From contig JAFYTG010000194.1 in assembly GCA_017558945.1 (NCBI GenBank), forward strand, positions 1-39,719: DNA of 39,719 bases. Reading direction: 5' to 3'. The translations under genes were made by a program, and so were the position numbers. The stretch is from Clostridia bacterium (lineage in GTDB: Bacteria; Bacillota; Clostridia; Oscillospirales; SIG627). The notes beneath the pieces were generated by a model that did no database searches, was not told the origin of the DNA, and saw only the letters and a list, made by a program, of their open reading frames with translations. This document shows, in pieces, positions 35,688 through 39,719 of the stretch. Each line of letters begins with the position of its first letter. The stretch's first letter is position 1.

Positions 35688-35787
35688 AAAAATAAGTAGG
35701 CACTCCGACGGAATACTTACGTATTTCAAGGAGTGCCTATCTTGTTTTTAACGCAGTTGTGCGACGCTTATCTGCGGTGATTTAGTA
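35688..35787 (+). repeat. 100-bp hairpin element, copy 4
   Basis: 99/100 identical to 33763-33862; the single difference is 33840 T versus 35765 C. Confidence 0.9.
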
Positions 35788-37389
35788 TGCGGTGTATAGG
35801 CGGAGAATAGTCAGTACAGACTGCTCCTTTGTATAAAGGTCGTCAGGTGCGAAGCGACCGCCTTCCTTTCCGCCCATAACGGAGCGGCCGTTTTTATCAA
35901 CGGATGCGGATACGAAGGATATAGCATCCTGTCCCCACGAAGCAAAGGATTTGTCATCGGTGAACTTAACAGGCTTGGAATTTGCCTTTTTTACGCCGAG
36001 AACGTTAACGGCGGCGCGCTGAAGCATAGCGGCTGCCTCCTGGCGCTTGATGGTTCCTTCAGGGTCAAACCTTCCCTCTCCTTTACCATTTACAAGCCCG
36101 AGTGCGTTTGCGGCAAGTATATTATAGTAGGAGGTATCGGTAAAGGCTTTTTCGTTTATGGAAACGCCCTTATCGGAAAGGATTCTTTCAACGCTCTTAT
36201 CAAGCTTTACGGAAAGCATATTCATAAGAAGGTCACAAAACTCGAGTCGAGTTATTGGATCGGGCATTGATTCGCGGCAAGCCTTGGTAACGAGACCGTA
36301 GGAGTAAGCCTCCTTAGCCTCGGGAAGTGCCCAGCTTGATACACCGCGCTTTCCGAAGGAGTTGGGACGGGAAATTATGTAATGAGAGAGAGAAAAGGTC
36401 TCCAAGGAGGAGTCAAAGTAACGGAAAAACTCGGTTCTGAACTCGTTCTTTTCTCCCTTCTCGTATACATTTTTGCTGTCCCAAGTGGGATCCATTATAA
36501 TCCATTTACCGTCAACGTAGGCTTCAACCCATGCGTGATTGGAGCCGGTAAGGTCTGCCTGCTCCCATCTTGTATCACTGCCTACGCCGAGCGCATAGCC
36601 CTCGACGTATGCCGCAGGGATATCAACCGAACGGAGAAGTGCTACGGTAAGATTAGTATAGCCCTCGCAAACGGCAATTCTCTTGTCAAGAACCTCTTCG
36701 GCTGTAACGAAGGTAGAGGGACGGATATGCATTGCGTAATCCATATCATAATAAAGATAATTTGCAACGTACTCGTGAATTGCACGCGCCTTATCGTAAT
36801 CGGTCTTGTAATCTGCGGTGATTTTCTTGGCAACGTCGCGTATACGCTGAGGAATTTCAATGGAAAGCTCTTCCTTATCCCACATCCATCCCTTCATATA
36901 CTCAAGGTTGGTATCGTATACCATTTTATCAATAACGACGCCCCAGGTATTACCGCGCTTTTCAAGGACGATGTCACGTCCGTAAAATGCACTTACAAGA
37001 TTACCGTCAGCACCGCCGACGAAAATGGAAAGCTCAAGCTCCTTTTCCTTAAACTCGGAAAGGTCGATTATCTCCTTGAACACCTTGCCTCGTTCATTTT
37101 CAATCGTAGCGTGAGGAGTTACAAGGTCAAAGGAAACGCAAACATATTTAAGCACGGGATTCATAAGCTGTCCGGAAAGAGTAAGCTTTTCACCCGTTAT
37201 ATCAATCTGCAAATAATCCTCGGGGTCATTTGCTGTTTTAAAATGCTGAATGAACACATCGGCATTGGAATTTTTCACTGCATTGGGATTAGGTGCTATA
37301 AAAAGACCCTCTTTAGCGTAAGTGGGAAGGATAAGCGCAGAAATCAAAAGGGTCACAAATAAAAATGCGGCAATAAATCTTTTCATCAT
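35782..37389 (-). CDS. Secreted transglutaminase-like protein with C-terminal SLH-like domains, paralog B
   Basis: Signal peptide; AVCEGYTNL, NHAWVEAY, MDPTWDS; same C-terminus KEQSVLTILRLYTAY as paralog A. Confidence 0.8.
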   Translation of the reverse strand: MMKRFIAAFLFVTLLISALILPTYAKEGLFIAPNPNAVKNSNADVFIQHFKTANDPEDYLQIDITGEKLTLSGQLMNPVLKYVCVSFDLVTPHATIENERGKVFKEIIDLSEFKEKELELSIFVGGADGNLVSAFYGRDIVLEKRGNTWGVVIDKMVYDTNLEYMKGWMWDKEELSIEIPQRIRDVAKKITADYKTDYDKARAIHEYVANYLYYDMDYAMHIRPSTFVTAEEVLDKRIAVCEGYTNLTVALLRSVDIPAAYVEGYALGVGSDTRWEQADLTGSNHAWVEAYVDGKWIIMDPTWDSKNVYEKGEKNEFRTEFFRYFDSSLETFSLSHYIISRPNSFGKRGVSSWALPEAKEAYSYGLVTKACRESMPDPITRLEFCDLLMNMLSVKLDKSVERILSDKGVSINEKAFTDTSYYNILAANALGLVNGKGEGRFDPEGTIKRQEAAAMLQRAAVNVLGVKKANSKPVKFTDDKSFASWGQDAISFVSASVDKNGRSVMGGKEGGRFAPDDLYTKEQSVLTILRLYTAY

Positions 37390-37400
37390 ATTTTCCTTTT

Positions 37401-38633
37401 TTACACGTCAAACGCCCAATTACCGTTGCGGAAAACCTCAACCTCTCGACCGTCTCTTGTACGCGCGGTTATCGAAAGGTCACGGGTACCAATCATAAAG
37501 TCCTCGTGAACCATCGACTCGTTGATACCAAGCTTTCGGCAGTCATCAAGCGTAAGCGTCTCGTAATTTTCAAGTGTGTTAGTGAAGCCTTCTCCAAGGG
37601 CTAAGTGACAGGAGGCATTTTCATCAAACAGGGTGTTGTAAAAAAGTAAACCCGTGTCAGATATTGGGGAATCGTAGGGGACAAGTGCGCATTCTCCGAG
37701 GTATGAGGCTCCCTCGTCCATTGAGACGAGTATTTTTAAAAGCTCCTCATTTTTCTCGGCGTGTACTTCTACAACTCTTCCCTTCTCAAACCGAAGAGAA
37801 AAGTTTTCGATAAGCTCTCCTCTGTAAGAAAGCGGCTTTGAGGAATACACGATTCCTTCAGCCTCTCCCCTTTTCGGAGAAATAAAAACCTCTTCCGAGG
37901 GGATATTGGGGTTAAATACCTGTCCCGAAAGGGTAGTCTCGGCACCTGCACAAAAGCGTGCCTCGGGTATCATACCGACTGTTAGGTCGGTTCCGTTGGA
38001 TGAAACGTAATGAAGCGCTTCAATCTCCAAGGAATTAAGATACCTGCACCTTTCAGATAGGCTTCTGTTATGCTCCTGCCAAGCCTTGACAGGATTATCG
38101 CCGTCAGCACGTGAAGTGTACAAAATGGCTTCCCACAGCCTCTCGACAGCTTTTTTCGGAGTTAATTCAGGGAACATCTTTTTAGCCCAAGCCTTGCCAG
38201 GTACGGCGGCAATACACCACGGATATTTATTATCCATCGCATCGCGGTAGGGCTTGATGACCTTATAACGCTCCTGAGTTGAACGTCCGTACTTTTCCTG
38301 ATCGATTCCCACAAGTCCATCAGGGTCTTCTGATAAAAGATAAATTGTCGCAGGAAGCTTTTCAAGGCGGTATTTCAGCCTCTCCTCTTCCCAATTCTCA
38401 ACTGTTGCAAGAATTTTTTCTTCTCTGTATTCTATGTGAAGTCTCGAAAGCTCCTGACTTTCAAAGAGCACCTCGACCTTTTCAGCTCCGAGCTTGTAGC
38501 ATTCCTCAACGACAAAACAAGCAAAATCCGCTACCTCGGGCTCACATCGAAGCTCGACGCGCTGACCCTTGGAAACGTTGATACCCATTCTTGCAATAAG
38601 GTGTGCATATCCCTTTAAAAGTGATTTTTTCAT
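37401..38633 (-). CDS. M29 family aminopeptidase (AmpS/PepS-like)
   Basis: PNIPSEEVF, LGECALV, NTLFDENASCHLALG, SMVHEDFMIG; ATG at 38633 with GGAGG. Confidence 0.92.
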   Translation of the reverse strand: MKKSLLKGYAHLIARMGINVSKGQRVELRCEPEVADFACFVVEECYKLGAEKVEVLFESQELSRLHIEYREEKILATVENWEEERLKYRLEKLPATIYLLSEDPDGLVGIDQEKYGRSTQERYKVIKPYRDAMDNKYPWCIAAVPGKAWAKKMFPELTPKKAVERLWEAILYTSRADGDNPVKAWQEHNRSLSERCRYLNSLEIEALHYVSSNGTDLTVGMIPEARFCAGAETTLSGQVFNPNIPSEEVFISPKRGEAEGIVYSSKPLSYRGELIENFSLRFEKGRVVEVHAEKNEELLKILVSMDEGASYLGECALVPYDSPISDTGLLFYNTLFDENASCHLALGEGFTNTLENYETLTLDDCRKLGINESMVHEDFMIGTRDLSITARTRDGREVEVFRNGNWAFDV

Positions 38634-38755
38634 ACTACCTCCGAGCATAAAATATATTTCGAGTATTTTAACACATTTATTTACTATAATCAATAGAATT
38701 ATTTCCCAAATTTGTAATTCTATACAATAACTTATTTAACAATATATACAAACAA

Positions 38756-39322
38756 TCAATTCACCAAATATTTTATTGACTCAAGATAATATTCGGTGAT
38801 TATTTCAGGTGATTCCTTCATATCGCGTGACAGCCACCAGTCAACCGTTTCAACGAAGGACGAGGTTATGTGATTTACAAGATAATCCTCAGGAAGAGAC
38901 GAATCCTTTAAAAGTCCCTTGTCAGCGTATTGAGTGATTATAAGCCTCTTTAAATTAGACTTAAAATAGCGTAAAAAAATCTCGTTATTCTGAGAGGATA
39001 AAAGCTCTAAAATATTTCTGTCGTTCTCCTGAAGGTGACGAAGCAGGTGCAAAAACACCGAATCGTCCGCGCTTGCGCAGTTACAATGATAATGACCTTG
39101 AGGGAATCCCATTGCGGTTTCAATTATATGACCGAAAAGCTCCTCGCACAAGTCCTTGAGCAAAAAGTCCTTGGTTTCAAAATGAGTGTAAAACGTGGTC
39201 CTTCCGATATCGGCGGTATCAATTATATCCTGAACCGATATCTGATTGTAGTTCTTTTCCGAGAGCAATGCCGTAAATGCCGCAAAAATTGCTTCTCTCG
39301 TTTTCTTCTGCCGTCTATCCAT
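38756..39322 (-). CDS. TetR/AcrR family transcriptional regulator
   Basis: MDRRQKKTREAI, ISVQDIIDTADIGRTTFYTHF HTH; ATG at 39322. Confidence 0.9.
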   Translation of the reverse strand: MDRRQKKTREAIFAAFTALLSEKNYNQISVQDIIDTADIGRTTFYTHFETKDFLLKDLCEELFGHIIETAMGFPQGHYHCNCASADDSVFLHLLRHLQENDRNILELLSSQNNEIFLRYFKSNLKRLIITQYADKGLLKDSSLPEDYLVNHITSSFVETVDWWLSRDMKESPEIITEYYLESIKYLVN

Positions 39323-39348
39323 TTTTTCTCCGTACATTTTTTGAATTT

Positions 39349-39422
39349 TGTTCAGTATCGAACACACAATGTATTTTGATTATTGCAAAAATACTCTTTT
39401 ATAATATAATATATACAGAACA
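39349..39422. promoter_or_regulatory. Putative TetR operator in the divergent promoter region
   Basis: TGTTC-agtatc-GAACA palindrome (39349-39364); TGTTCAGTAT has a near-inverted partner ATACAGAACA (39413-39422). Confidence 0.4.
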
Positions 39423-39484
39423 ATATGTTTGTTATATTACAAATTATACGCAAACAAAATAAAAAGTCAACAGGAGTTTTTTCG

Positions 39485-39719
39485 ATGTTATCAAAAATTT
39501 GCAAGCTTTTTACAAGCATACCGATGACGGCTATCAGCGGTGTATTTCTGTTTTTAAGTCTTATACGGCTACCGTTTTTCAACCTTCTCGCATGGATAAC
39601 CGTGATAATAAGCGGTCTGCCTCTGATTAATTCCGCCATCCGCAAGCTTATTATCAAAAAGGGTATTTCAAAAATATCCTCGGCGCTCCTTATTTCAATA
39701 GCAATGGTTGCCTCAATAA
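39485..39719 (+). CDS. N-terminus of a probable heavy-metal (P1B) P-type ATPase, truncated by the window end; not in the ORF track
   Basis: AGGAG RBS; MLSKICKLFTSIPMTAISGVFLFLSL...AWITVIISGLPLI...GISKISSALLISIAMVASI, open to the window end; divergent from TetR. Confidence 0.65.
   Translation, partial: MLSKICKLFTSIPMTAISGVFLFLSLIRLPFFNLLAWITVIISGLPLINSAIRKLIIKKGISKISSALLISIAMVASI

Noticed and set aside
36382-37362. 326-aa plus-strand ORF, and similar long antisense ORFs such as 1095-1691, 16111-16737, 19367-20017 and 29929-30654
   Set aside because: They lie antisense to well-supported genes, show no recognisable motifs, and are expected shadows of codon bias.

Overview
Chromosomal window from a Clostridia-type (probably Oscillospirales-like) Firmicute; the taxonomy is inferred from gene order, sigma-A promoters and protein style. 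Left half, minus strand: rpmB, a dcw cluster (mraZ-rsmH-ftsL-like-PBP-murE-murF-mraY-ftsW-murG-ftsQ-ftsZ, with no murD, murC, ddl or ftsA) and rsmD-coaD. Middle: an AlaA-type aminotransferase, a class II aldolase with a C-terminal tail resembling a microcompartment encapsulation peptide, an M20 hydrolase-GH127 pair, and a his operon headed by a TrpR-like (YerC) repressor. Right: a frameshifted GH39-like gene, a PHP hydrolase, DUF1846, an orphan CLec-fold protein resembling DGR (diversity-generating retroelement) targets, two tandem transglutaminase-like SLH proteins, an M29 aminopeptidase, a TetR regulator and the start of a heavy-metal P-type ATPase. No rRNA, tRNA, CRISPR array, transposase or reverse transcriptase was seen. 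The four best leads are: (1) a pyrG-like GGGC-start plus terminator leader in front of DUF1846, suggesting CTP-sensing attenuation and a pyrimidine role for this uncharacterised family; (2) a four-copy strand-asymmetric hairpin element with interchangeable stems, placed just after stop codons; (3) the DGR-target-like gene with no RT or template repeat in the window; (4) the satellite aldolase with a possible encapsulation peptide. All family calls come from motif recognition by eye, not database searches.
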